Positions 19,784 to 28,477 of a stretch of 32,000 bases of DNA are shown here, one piece after another. The notes under the pieces were generated by a model, which worked only from the letters and a program-made list of their open reading frames with translations, searched no databases and had not been told where the DNA came from. The translations under genes and the position numbers were made by a program. This DNA is from a bacterium (GTDB lineage Bacteria; UBP7; UBA6624). The first letter of the stretch is position 1, and every line of letters starts with the position of its first letter. The stretch is from NCBI GenBank assembly GCA_002716355.1, contig PBAU01000002.1:143137-175136 (forward strand), in the 5' to 3' direction.

Positions 19784-20598
19784 AAATTTCTGTCATACTT
19801 ATAACCTACAAGAAATTCAATGAATTAAATTTAACCCTTTCTGCTTTAGAAAATCAAACCAAACAAGGTTTTGAGGTTGTTGTTGCTGAAGACGATGACT
19901 CACAAGAAACAAAAGAAATAATAAAAAATTTCAAAAAAAGGGGCAGGTTGGATTTGAAGCATGTTTTTCAAAAGGATAATGGGTATCAAAGATCAAAAAT
20001 AGTAAACAAGGGTATTATTGCATCAAAGGGCGATTATCTTCTTTTCTTGGATAGTGACTGTGTGCCTAGATCTGATTGGGTTGAATCATATGCAAAATCA
20101 GCAAGAAAAGGATGGTTTTTTTCTGGAGGAAGTGTTGTTCATATTCCCGAAAGAATCCATTCAAAACTTCAATCTTCAGATGTAAAAGACGATAAAATTT
20201 TTAATTATCAATGGTTAAAGGATAAGGGTCTATCATGCAAAAGGACAAAATTAAGGCTTTCAAATCTAGGAATCTTCAGGCATGCTATGGATTTCCTGAC
20301 AACACGTTTAGGGGTTTTCACTGGCGGAAATTCTGCATGCTGGAAAAAAGATGCATTATCTGTGAATGGTTTTGATGAGGATTTTGTAACTTATGGTTCT
20401 GAAGATAGGGAGTTTGGAGCAAGGCTTGTGAATTTCGGATTGAAGGGGATTGTCAAAAAGTTTTCTTTTATTGTGGTGCATCTTGACCATCCAAGACCTT
20501 ACAGCGATGATGAAAATATCAAAAATCGAAAAATCATGAAGAAGGTTATGTTTTCTAGAAGATCTTGGGCTGAAAATGGCATCAGAAAATTAAAATAA
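19780..20598 (+). CDS. Family 2 glycosyltransferase with galactosyltransferase-type C-terminal region
   Basis: ISVILITYKK, VVVAEDDDS, LFLDSDCVP (DxD) and GGNSACWKKDALSVNGFDEDFVTYGSEDREFGARL support the call. The gene overlaps the copA stop by 4 nt. Confidence 0.8.
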   Translation: MKISVILITYKKFNELNLTLSALENQTKQGFEVVVAEDDDSQETKEIIKNFKKRGRLDLKHVFQKDNGYQRSKIVNKGIIASKGDYLLFLDSDCVPRSDWVESYAKSARKGWFFSGGSVVHIPERIHSKLQSSDVKDDKIFNYQWLKDKGLSCKRTKLRLSNLGIFRHAMDFLTTRLGVFTGGNSACWKKDALSVNGFDEDFVTYGSEDREFGARLVNFGLKGIVKKFSFIVVHLDHPRPYSDDENIKNRKIMKKVMFSRRSWAENGIRKLK

Positions 20599-20646
20599 TA
20601 AAGAAACTTTTTTATATTTTCCATAGTACTATATAGGCACAGAAGC

Positions 20647-22647
20647 ATGTTTGAGAAAATTAAATTTATCTTATTTATTCTCCTTCTTTCTTTTTCTAGC
20701 ATTACTCAAAAACAAAGTGAACCTTGGGCTAAATTTGGATTAACAAATGAGGAAGCCGCTCGTCATGTTTTAGACAGGTTTGCTTTTGGCCCAAGGCAAG
20801 GGGACATCGAAAAGGTTGTATCTCTAGGAGTTAGCAATTGGTTTGAAGATCAAATATCTATAACTCAGGATGATTCTCAAGTTAATGAAATTTTTAAAAA
20901 GCTTGATTTCAAATCATTAGAAATGTCTTTAGACGAGATGGCAAATACATATGTTCCGTACGGCCAGATTAATCGCAGGGTCAAACAATGGGGCATTGAG
21001 TCAGGCTTGGTGACAGAGCAGGATTTTTTGACTATGACAAATGAAGAACAAAGAAGGTTGGCTCTTCTGTACATGGATGATTTTTCGCTTAAGCCAATTG
21101 CAGAACTTGACTCTGAAACATTAGCTCAAAAAATGCTTAGAGCTGCTTATTCTGAAAATCAATTTCAGGAAGTTTTAACAGATTTTTGGTTCAATCATTT
21201 CAATATAGATGCTAGTCAAAATGATGTTCGGCCATATGTTTATTCATATGAGAGAGATGCAATTAGGTCGAATGTGTTTGGAACTTTTTCCGACATGCTT
21301 GTAGCAACAGCAAAACATCCAGGAATGCTCTTTTATCTAGACAATGGACTTTCTACAGCTGGTTCAGGTGTTGAAACCACTGCTAGTTTCCATATGGAAA
21401 ATTTATCAAAAACAAGCAGAAAAAGAGATCTGCCAAAATCTGCAAGGAACCTTTTGAAAAATTCAGGCAGGGGCCTGAATGAAAATTATGCTAGAGAATT
21501 AATGGAATTACATACACTAGGCGTTGATGCATTTAATGAGGTTGATGGCTATACGCAAAAAGACGTTCAGGAGGTTGCTCGTGCTTTTACTGGTTGGACA
21601 TGGATTTTACAAGATGGTTTAAACAGTAGGCTTCCTTCAGATATTCTTCCAATGGGGATGTCCGATCAAGATTCCGGCATGGCCACAACGCCTAATGAAA
21701 CTAGTCGCTCTTTTTTATCCTCACAGCTCGAAAGGCTCGGTTTTGTTCAAGAGGGTTCTTTTGTGTTCAGGGCAAGTGCTCATGATGCTGGAGAAAAAAA
21801 TATTCTAGGACACCATTTTCCAAAAGGAGGAGGTATAGATGAGGGTGAAAGAGTTTTAGAAATATTGTCAAAACATGAATATACCGCTAGGTTTTTATCA
21901 AAGAAAATAGCGATTAAGTTTGTTCAAGACAACCCTCCCGAGGAGCTGATTGAGCTTATGGCAAGAGCTTACCTGCACAGTTCAGGGGATTTGAGCGAAG
22001 TTTATAGAGCAATGTTTTATTCTGATTATTTTTGGAGAGAAGAGGCAATAAGATCGAAGATTAAGTCGCCATTTGAGCTTATCGTTTCCACGGTCCGTAT
22101 TTTAGACAGTAAGGTTACATCCCTAAAAGGGATTTTTAATTCAATAAAAACTATGGGGCAGCCACTATATCGTTACCAGGCTCCAACTGGTTATCCAGAC
22201 TCTGCTTCAGCCTGGGTGAACACTGGATCCTTGATTTCTAGAATGAATTTTGGATTATTGATTGGCGGAGACAAGATAAGAGGAATTGAATCTGACCTGA
22301 AAGCCTTAAACACTTTCAATGGGGTTTTTCATGAGCCTGAAAGTGTTCAGCATGCTTTGGAAGTTTATGCAGGGATAATAATGCCACATAGGGATTTAAA
22401 GGAAACCTTAAGAGTTTTAGAGCCTGTTGTAAATGCTGAAAACTTAAATACCAAGATTGAAATCGCTTCAGAACAATTTAATACAGAAAGGTCTATGGGA
22501 GGTGGAATGAATGGTGATGGCTTCACAAATGTTTTAGACCAAGATTTTCAAATTGGAGACAACAGAAAAACAAGAAAAGAAAACGAAGGTATACTCGGTC
22601 AAATTGTTGGTGTTATTTTGGGTAGTCCTGAATTTCAAAGGAGATAG
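20647..22647 (+). CDS. DUF1800 domain-containing secreted protein
   Basis: It has a signal peptide. The DFWFNHFN, NENYARELMELHTLGV and GYTQKDVQEVARAFTGW blocks are characteristic of DUF1800. It is paired with a DUF1501 gene, as is usual for this family. Confidence 0.75.
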   Translation: MFEKIKFILFILLLSFSSITQKQSEPWAKFGLTNEEAARHVLDRFAFGPRQGDIEKVVSLGVSNWFEDQISITQDDSQVNEIFKKLDFKSLEMSLDEMANTYVPYGQINRRVKQWGIESGLVTEQDFLTMTNEEQRRLALLYMDDFSLKPIAELDSETLAQKMLRAAYSENQFQEVLTDFWFNHFNIDASQNDVRPYVYSYERDAIRSNVFGTFSDMLVATAKHPGMLFYLDNGLSTAGSGVETTASFHMENLSKTSRKRDLPKSARNLLKNSGRGLNENYARELMELHTLGVDAFNEVDGYTQKDVQEVARAFTGWTWILQDGLNSRLPSDILPMGMSDQDSGMATTPNETSRSFLSSQLERLGFVQEGSFVFRASAHDAGEKNILGHHFPKGGGIDEGERVLEILSKHEYTARFLSKKIAIKFVQDNPPEELIELMARAYLHSSGDLSEVYRAMFYSDYFWREEAIRSKIKSPFELIVSTVRILDSKVTSLKGIFNSIKTMGQPLYRYQAPTGYPDSASAWVNTGSLISRMNFGLLIGGDKIRGIESDLKALNTFNGVFHEPESVQHALEVYAGIIMPHRDLKETLRVLEPVVNAENLNTKIEIASEQFNTERSMGGGMNGDGFTNVLDQDFQIGDNRKTRKENEGILGQIVGVILGSPEFQRR

Positions 22648-22650
22648 TTT

Positions 22651-23937
22651 ATGCATGATGATCATGATGATGACATAAAAGGAATCTGGACCAGACGAGC
22701 TTTTTTGAAATCAGGCGGAATCGCTTTGTTTAGTTTGGGTATTGGCGGTAATCCGCTTTTCATAAACAGGGCTGCAATTAATTCAAAAAATGATTTATTA
22801 AATCAAAACAAAACGCTTGTTACGATTTTTCAGAGAGGCGCAATGGATGGCTTGATGGCAGTTCCTAAATTAAACGATAAATATTTAATGAATGCACGAC
22901 CGAGACTTTATATGAATCCAAGTTCAAAAACCGACTCTGTATTAGATCTTGATAATGGTTTTGGCTTCCATCCATCATTAATGCCCTTAATGGATTATTG
23001 GAAAGAGGGAAGCCTTGCTGTTGTCCATGGTATGGGAAGCCCCAACAAAACAAGAAGCCATTTTGATGCACAGGATTTTATGGAATCCGGTACGCCAGGT
23101 GACAAGGGAACTAGTTCTGGTTGGTTAAATAGAGCTGTAGGTTTAATGGGTCATGAATCACCAACCCCATTTCAATCAGTTGCTTTAACACCATCATTAC
23201 CTAAATCATTTTATGGTGAAGAGTCAGCTTTGGCTATATCTGATCTAGATAATTTTGGACTTCCAAGCTATATAAATATAGGTAATATTGTTGGCAACAC
23301 CTTTGAATCTTTATATGAGGATACAACAAAAGAGATACTTAAAGACACAGCAGATGCTACATTTGAAGCCGTTGATCTTTTGGAGAAAATTAGACAGAAA
23401 GATTATGTTGCAACATCAAAGGTTTCTTATCCAAATTCAAAATTGGGTAATTCTTTAAGGCAGATTGCACAGCTTATCAAGGCGGATGTCGGTTTGGAAG
23501 CAGCTTTCGCAGAGCAGGGAGGGTGGGATACCCATGTGCAACAGGGAACAACCCAAGGTTCTTTTGCAGACAACCTTAGAGACCTTTCTGAGTCTATTTC
23601 TGCATTTTGGGAAGATTTAGGTCCATATCAAGACAGTGTCAACCTTATGACTATGACTGAATTTGGCAGAACGGTAAAAGAAAATGGTACTGGTGGTACC
23701 GATCATGGACGAGGTTCTTGTTTGTTTGTGTTGGGTCAAGATGTTGATGGCCAAAAAGTGCATGGGTATGTTCCTGATTTGGCACAAGAAAACCTTGAAG
23801 ATGGCAGGGATCTTCCTGTCACTACGGATTTCAGAGCTATCTTTAGTGAGGTTTCAGGATCAACATTTGGTATTAGAAATGATGAAGAGCTGTTCCCAGG
23901 ATGGGAAGGAGAAAGGATTAAACTTTTTAAAAGTTAA
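22651..23937 (+). CDS. DUF1501 domain-containing protein (sulfatase/alkaline-phosphatase superfamily) with Tat signal
   Basis: A canonical twin-arginine motif (TRRAFLKSGGIALFSLG) and DUF1501-like blocks (GWDTH, EFGRTVKENGTGGTDHGRGS) are present. AAGGAGA lies upstream. Confidence 0.75.
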   Translation: MHDDHDDDIKGIWTRRAFLKSGGIALFSLGIGGNPLFINRAAINSKNDLLNQNKTLVTIFQRGAMDGLMAVPKLNDKYLMNARPRLYMNPSSKTDSVLDLDNGFGFHPSLMPLMDYWKEGSLAVVHGMGSPNKTRSHFDAQDFMESGTPGDKGTSSGWLNRAVGLMGHESPTPFQSVALTPSLPKSFYGEESALAISDLDNFGLPSYINIGNIVGNTFESLYEDTTKEILKDTADATFEAVDLLEKIRQKDYVATSKVSYPNSKLGNSLRQIAQLIKADVGLEAAFAEQGGWDTHVQQGTTQGSFADNLRDLSESISAFWEDLGPYQDSVNLMTMTEFGRTVKENGTGGTDHGRGSCLFVLGQDVDGQKVHGYVPDLAQENLEDGRDLPVTTDFRAIFSEVSGSTFGIRNDEELFPGWEGERIKLFKS

Positions 23938-23941
23938 ATAC

Positions 23942-23963
23942 GTGGGCCTGTTTCCAGGCCCAC
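23942..23963. terminator. Bidirectional intrinsic-terminator-like hairpin between convergent genes
   Basis: GTGGGCCTG-tttc-CAGGCCCAC is a perfect 9-bp GC-rich stem. It lies in the 35-nt gap between the DUF1501 stop (23937) and the DUF378 stop (23973). Confidence 0.7.
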
Positions 23964-23972
23964 ACTAAAATC

Positions 23973-24170
23973 TTATTTGTCTTCTTCTGTTGAGCAAGAC
24001 CCACCACAATCTTTCATACAAATGATGGCAGAAACACCAACCAATATGTAAACAATTCGTTCGATGGATGCATTGAAGCCGAAAATCATGTTGACTAAAT
24101 TAATATCAAATGCGTGTAGTCCCCAATTCAAACCACCAACGATCAAAAGTATCTGTGCTAACTTTTTCAT
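23973..24170 (-). CDS. DUF378 family small membrane protein
   Basis: MKKLAQILLIVGGLNWGL... contains the GGLNWG hallmark. It has two TM helices and a C-terminal CGGSC. I set the start at the ATG at 24170, which has AGGAGGA 7 nt upstream. Confidence 0.75.
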   Translation of the reverse strand: MKKLAQILLIVGGLNWGLHAFDINLVNMIFGFNASIERIVYILVGVSAIICMKDCGGSCSTEEDK

Positions 24171-24242
24171 TAAATATCCTCCTTGTAAAACAAATATTTG
24201 AAACAAATTGTAACGCTGAAAAAATAATATATTTATATATTA

Positions 24243-25145
24243 TTAATTTAGATGCTTGTTAAAAAAAGCAACAAAATGATCGTTTATGTTCTCATTTTCC
24301 ATATTTTCTTGCAATTTCAAAATACATTCAATATTCAATTCATCCATTTTTTCTTTCAACATAAAACCAAATTTGGGATGGTGGATATAAACATGCCCTG
24401 GTGAATTTTCTGGCAAGGGTTCATTCTTTTGTCCATAATATAGAAAAACCGGAGCGTCACCTGCATTTAAGTGGCTGACGGGAGACGCCCATTCGAAAAA
24501 TGGATGAAATTTTGGGTTTTCAATATGTTCAAAAGAATTCATGCCATGATGATTCATGCCGTAAAGTTCATATAAGGGTTGGTCTATATTGTTCGTGTTA
24601 AACATTTTCGAAATAACCCTTGGGTCCAATGTTGTTTGAGCACCAATTGCAACAACAGCTTGAACTTTTGCTGACACCCTATGTGGAAAGATATTTCTTG
24701 GATTGTCTTTCGTATTTGAATCATCATTGAATCCCAACCATAAAGATATGGCTCCGCCTGCTGACCCACCAATGGCGCCGAATCGCGTTGGATCGATATT
24801 AAAAACGCTAGACAGGCTTCTTAAGAACTGTACTGCAGCACCTGCATCTTGCATTTGAGCTGGAAATGGTGCCATCCAGCTCAATCTATAGTTGACCGCA
24901 GCAACAGATATTTTGTTTTCGAGAAGCTTATCCAGAAGCATAGGATTAATGCTTTTTTTATCCCCACCTTTAAATCCACCTCCATGGAAATAAATAACTA
25001 AAGGTGTTGGTTCTTCTGATTCAGCAAGCCATAAATCCAATTCAGTTCTTTGAAACAGGTTAAAACTGTAGTTTATATTTTTGTGATTTGGTTCTATAGG
25101 CTGTGGAGCAAAGAGTGCTAAAAGGTAAAAAAACGACAATGTCAT
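24243..25145 (-). CDS. Alpha/beta hydrolase, HSL-type carboxylesterase/lipase
   Basis: The oxyanion motif FHGGGF and the nucleophile elbow GGSAGG support the call, and the N-terminus is hydrophobic. The start overlaps the stop of the upstream EF-G-like gene (ATGA). Confidence 0.75.
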   Translation of the reverse strand: MTLSFFYLLALFAPQPIEPNHKNINYSFNLFQRTELDLWLAESEEPTPLVIYFHGGGFKGGDKKSINPMLLDKLLENKISVAAVNYRLSWMAPFPAQMQDAGAAVQFLRSLSSVFNIDPTRFGAIGGSAGGAISLWLGFNDDSNTKDNPRNIFPHRVSAKVQAVVAIGAQTTLDPRVISKMFNTNNIDQPLYELYGMNHHGMNSFEHIENPKFHPFFEWASPVSHLNAGDAPVFLYYGQKNEPLPENSPGHVYIHHPKFGFMLKEKMDELNIECILKLQENMENENINDHFVAFFNKHLN

Positions 25146-27088
25146 TTATTTTCAGCTTGGCTTGCCGCAATTACCTTTTTTGTTTGGTCTGCTGGCAAGG
25201 GTTCATACGTATGAAATTCCATATCAAAAAAACCGTCCCCTTTTGCAATAGATCTTAAAGTATTGTCATACTTGTACATTTCCATCAAGGGAACTTCAGC
25301 TTTGATTGTTGTCAGTCCTTGACCGCTTGCGTCTTGACCTAATATTCTTCCCCTTCTTGCATTAAGGTCTCCAATAATTTCACCCATTAAATTGTCCGGG
25401 ACCGTTATATCTACCTTATAGATTGGTTCAAGTATTATCTTTTGACATTGGCTTTCTAACATTCTGAAGCATTGCAAACCTGCTATCTGGAAAGATATGT
25501 CATTTGAATCAACATCATGTGTTTTTCCGTCAAAAACAGATACTTCTATATCCACAACTTGAGCGCCAATCAAAGACCCTTTTTCCATGCCTTGAGAAAC
25601 TCCCTTTTCGACAGATCCAATAAATTTCTTAGGTATTTTTCCACCAACAATATTGTCTACAAATTTAAAGCCCTCATCCCTCATCAAAGGTGTAACCTTT
25701 AAGGCACATTCACCAAATTGACCAGAGCCACCAGATTGTTTCTTATGTCGGTAGGTTGCATTTCCTGTGCTTGTAAAAGTTTCTTTATATGGTATTTTTG
25801 GAGCTGATGCTATTGCTTTAACTCCAAATTCATTTTGTGCCCTTGAAGAAAGAACGGAAAGTTGTATCTCACCAAAACATTCAATAACATTTTGATGTGT
25901 TTCAGATTTGTATCCATAAGTAACTGCAGGATCTTCTCTTAAGAGTGTTTTTATTGCATCACTAACCTTGGTTGCATCTTTTTCTGTTTCTGAATCAATT
26001 GCTTCCCATGATGTCGGCTTTGGGAAAGGTATATCGTTAAGTTTTCCTCCCTTGCCTAGAGTGTCTCCACCTAATGCACTTTTCAACTTGACAAGTGCAA
26101 CAATGTCTCCAGCTTGTACAGAATCAATACCCTCTCTGTCTCCAATATTAACCTTGTAAAGTTGTGTCAGTCTTTCATTGTCTGCATTACGACTATTTTT
26201 TAAGGTGTCACCTTTATTTATTTTTCCAGAAGCAACTCTTGCATATTGAACTTCACCCATTTTCCCTTCATGGCGCGTTTTGAATATCTGTAAAGCAGGA
26301 TCTGTTTTACCTAGCAATCCAGACCTTTCTGCAAAGATGGAATTTTTTGGACCAGGGAATAGGCTCCCAATGGTGTTTGCAAGGCTTTCTGTTCCTTTTT
26401 GTGAAATAGATGAACAATAAAGAACTGGAACTATTTCTGATTTCAAAACACCATTTGCAAAAGCTTGTTTAAGTTTGTCAAAAGGCAATTCATTACCTTC
26501 AAAATATGCTTCCATCAACTCTTCATCCTGCTCAACAACTTTCTCCAATAATGATTCGGGAAGATCGGATCCTTCCGCAAGTAATTCAGTTGGTTCTTGA
26601 AAATCATTACCGCTATTGATGTTTGTCTGGAATGGGACTACAGAATCTACTCCAAAATCTTGCCAGCAGTCAGAATTTGCATTGCTGTTATCCATTCTTG
26701 AAACAACAACAATAACTGGAAGTTTGAAAGATTGAGCTTCCTCTAGCAATCTTTTAGAAGCCATATCAACCCCTACAGTTGGGTCAACAACAAGCAAGGC
26801 GGCATCCGCAACTGCTAAGCCGGCAGTTCTATCACATCGAAAATCGTTTGCTCCTGGTGTGTCAATCATTTGGAATCTGTAATTTCCGAAATCGAAGCAA
26901 GCTGGACAGAGGAATAGGCTCATTTTTCTATTTTTTTCCTCCTGGTGAACAGCAATCCTGCTTGTTCCCTTTTGCAATTCACCAAGTCTGGTTACTGCTC
27001 CAGCTTTAAAAGCCATTGATTCAATCAGTAGAGTCTTTCCAACTCCAAGATTTCCTATAACTGCGATTGTTCTTGTTTCTTTTGACAT
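25142..27088 (-). CDS. Divergent elongation factor G-like translational GTPase paralogue
   Basis: The 648 aa product has a five-domain EF-G-like layout and a P-loop GNLGVGKT. G3 reads DTPGANDF (Ala where canonical trGTPases have the catalytic His; codon at 26849-26851). G4 reads SRMD instead of NKxD, and G5 reads CSSISQKG. Confidence 0.8.
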   Translation of the reverse strand: MSKETRTIAVIGNLGVGKTLLIESMAFKAGAVTRLGELQKGTSRIAVHQEEKNRKMSLFLCPACFDFGNYRFQMIDTPGANDFRCDRTAGLAVADAALLVVDPTVGVDMASKRLLEEAQSFKLPVIVVVSRMDNSNANSDCWQDFGVDSVVPFQTNINSGNDFQEPTELLAEGSDLPESLLEKVVEQDEELMEAYFEGNELPFDKLKQAFANGVLKSEIVPVLYCSSISQKGTESLANTIGSLFPGPKNSIFAERSGLLGKTDPALQIFKTRHEGKMGEVQYARVASGKINKGDTLKNSRNADNERLTQLYKVNIGDREGIDSVQAGDIVALVKLKSALGGDTLGKGGKLNDIPFPKPTSWEAIDSETEKDATKVSDAIKTLLREDPAVTYGYKSETHQNVIECFGEIQLSVLSSRAQNEFGVKAIASAPKIPYKETFTSTGNATYRHKKQSGGSGQFGECALKVTPLMRDEGFKFVDNIVGGKIPKKFIGSVEKGVSQGMEKGSLIGAQVVDIEVSVFDGKTHDVDSNDISFQIAGLQCFRMLESQCQKIILEPIYKVDITVPDNLMGEIIGDLNARRGRILGQDASGQGLTTIKAEVPLMEMYKYDNTLRSIAKGDGFFDMEFHTYEPLPADQTKKVIAASQAENK

Positions 27089-27124
27089 AATAGGAATATT
27101 CTAAAAAAAATATTTATTTTTTTT

Positions 27125-28477
27125 TTAACTTCCAGGTGTTTCAACATTGGCAAGAGACCAGGTTAATGCTGCAATATGAGCCAAACCTTCCTTGAATTCA
27201 TTTTCATCAATTTTATCTAATGTGTCCGAAGGAGCATGATGGTAGTCGAAATACCTTACACCAATGTTTCTTAATCCAATCAGAAGAACGCCATGCTCTC
27301 TCATTGGACCTATGTCAACACCACTGCCTTCTCCGATTAGATCTAAACCTGTTCCAGCCAATATGCTTTCAAGCATTTCTTTTTGTGCATTGTTGCCTTC
27401 AGCAACCCATCCATTTGGTTTTTCAGCACCAAGATCCGATTCAATTGCAGCAAATGTATTTGCACCATATTCTTTAGAGTATTCAGTTCCACCCCTTGCG
27501 CCATTTTCTTCATTGGTCCAAAGTATTGCTCTAATGGTTCTTTTTGGTTTTAAGCCCAGTCTTTTGATTATGCTTAAGGTTTCCATTGCATGTACAACTC
27601 CAGCACCATCATCAAAGGCTCCATGGCCAACATCCCAGGCATCCAGATGTCCAGAAACTATAACAACTTCATCAGGATATTTGCTTCCCTTTATTTCACC
27701 AATGACGTTATGTGAAAGTGCATCAGGGTAGGTCTTTGCCGAAAGTTTCATCTGGACCCTTATTGGAATATTCATTTCTTGCATTTTTGCCATTGCCATA
27801 GCATCTTCAATCGTCACAGCTCCATATGGGATTTTTTTATATTCATTCGAATAGCCCATCCCACCTGTATGAGGAGTGTTTAGACTATTGATGGTAATGG
27901 ACCTTAACAAAGCGCCAACAGCGCCATGTTTTGCTGCCTCGATGGCTCCTGAATATCTAAACTTTGAAACCGCACCATAACCCTCTAGTGAGTTTTCTGG
28001 CATTGGGATGTTGAACAGGACTATTTTTCCTGCAACCTCAGGACTTAATTCTTCTACGTTGTTAACAACAACAACATCAGCTACTATAGGCTCAACCTTA
28101 CCTTCATTGTTTAAAGTTGCTACAGATCCGCCAAAAGAGAGAAAACTCATCTTTTTTAGATAGGGTTGCACAAGAAATAAAGATTCCTCATTTCTTTCCC
28201 AATGTGGAACCATCACTTCTTGTAAAAAAGACTCAATACCTTCATCTTCAAAAGATTTTCTCCCCCATGCCACTGCTTCCTCCAAACCCTTGCTTCCTGA
28301 AAGTCTATGCCCTATACTTAGGCATAATTCAGCCAACTTGTTCATTGCATCATTTTCCCCAAAAGCCATTTCTTTGATTTTTGAAATATCATTTTTCATC
28401 ATGTTTTCCTCCATGGAAGCTAATTTTGATGTCAAGAAGAATGCTAAAGCGACGAGCATAATTTTTTTATTTACCAT
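27125..28477 (-). CDS. Secreted M28 family aminopeptidase with PA domain
   Basis: The signal peptide is MVNKKIMLVALAFFLTSKLA. Zn-site blocks VSGHLDAWDVGHGAFDDGAGVV, WTNEENG and YHHAPSD are present. I set the start at the ATG at 28477, which has GAGGAGA upstream. The gene overlaps the preceding gene by 11 nt. Confidence 0.85.
   Translation of the reverse strand: MVNKKIMLVALAFFLTSKLASMEENMMKNDISKIKEMAFGENDAMNKLAELCLSIGHRLSGSKGLEEAVAWGRKSFEDEGIESFLQEVMVPHWERNEESLFLVQPYLKKMSFLSFGGSVATLNNEGKVEPIVADVVVVNNVEELSPEVAGKIVLFNIPMPENSLEGYGAVSKFRYSGAIEAAKHGAVGALLRSITINSLNTPHTGGMGYSNEYKKIPYGAVTIEDAMAMAKMQEMNIPIRVQMKLSAKTYPDALSHNVIGEIKGSKYPDEVVIVSGHLDAWDVGHGAFDDGAGVVHAMETLSIIKRLGLKPKRTIRAILWTNEENGARGGTEYSKEYGANTFAAIESDLGAEKPNGWVAEGNNAQKEMLESILAGTGLDLIGEGSGVDIGPMREHGVLLIGLRNIGVRYFDYHHAPSDTLDKIDENEFKEGLAHIAALTWSLANVETPGS

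Noticed and set aside
27220-27731. + strand ORFs of 85 and 155 aa opposite the M28 peptidase gene
   Set aside because: They are antisense shadows of a well-supported gene. The products are Pro/Ser-rich, no ribosome-binding site is present, and no family resemblance was seen.
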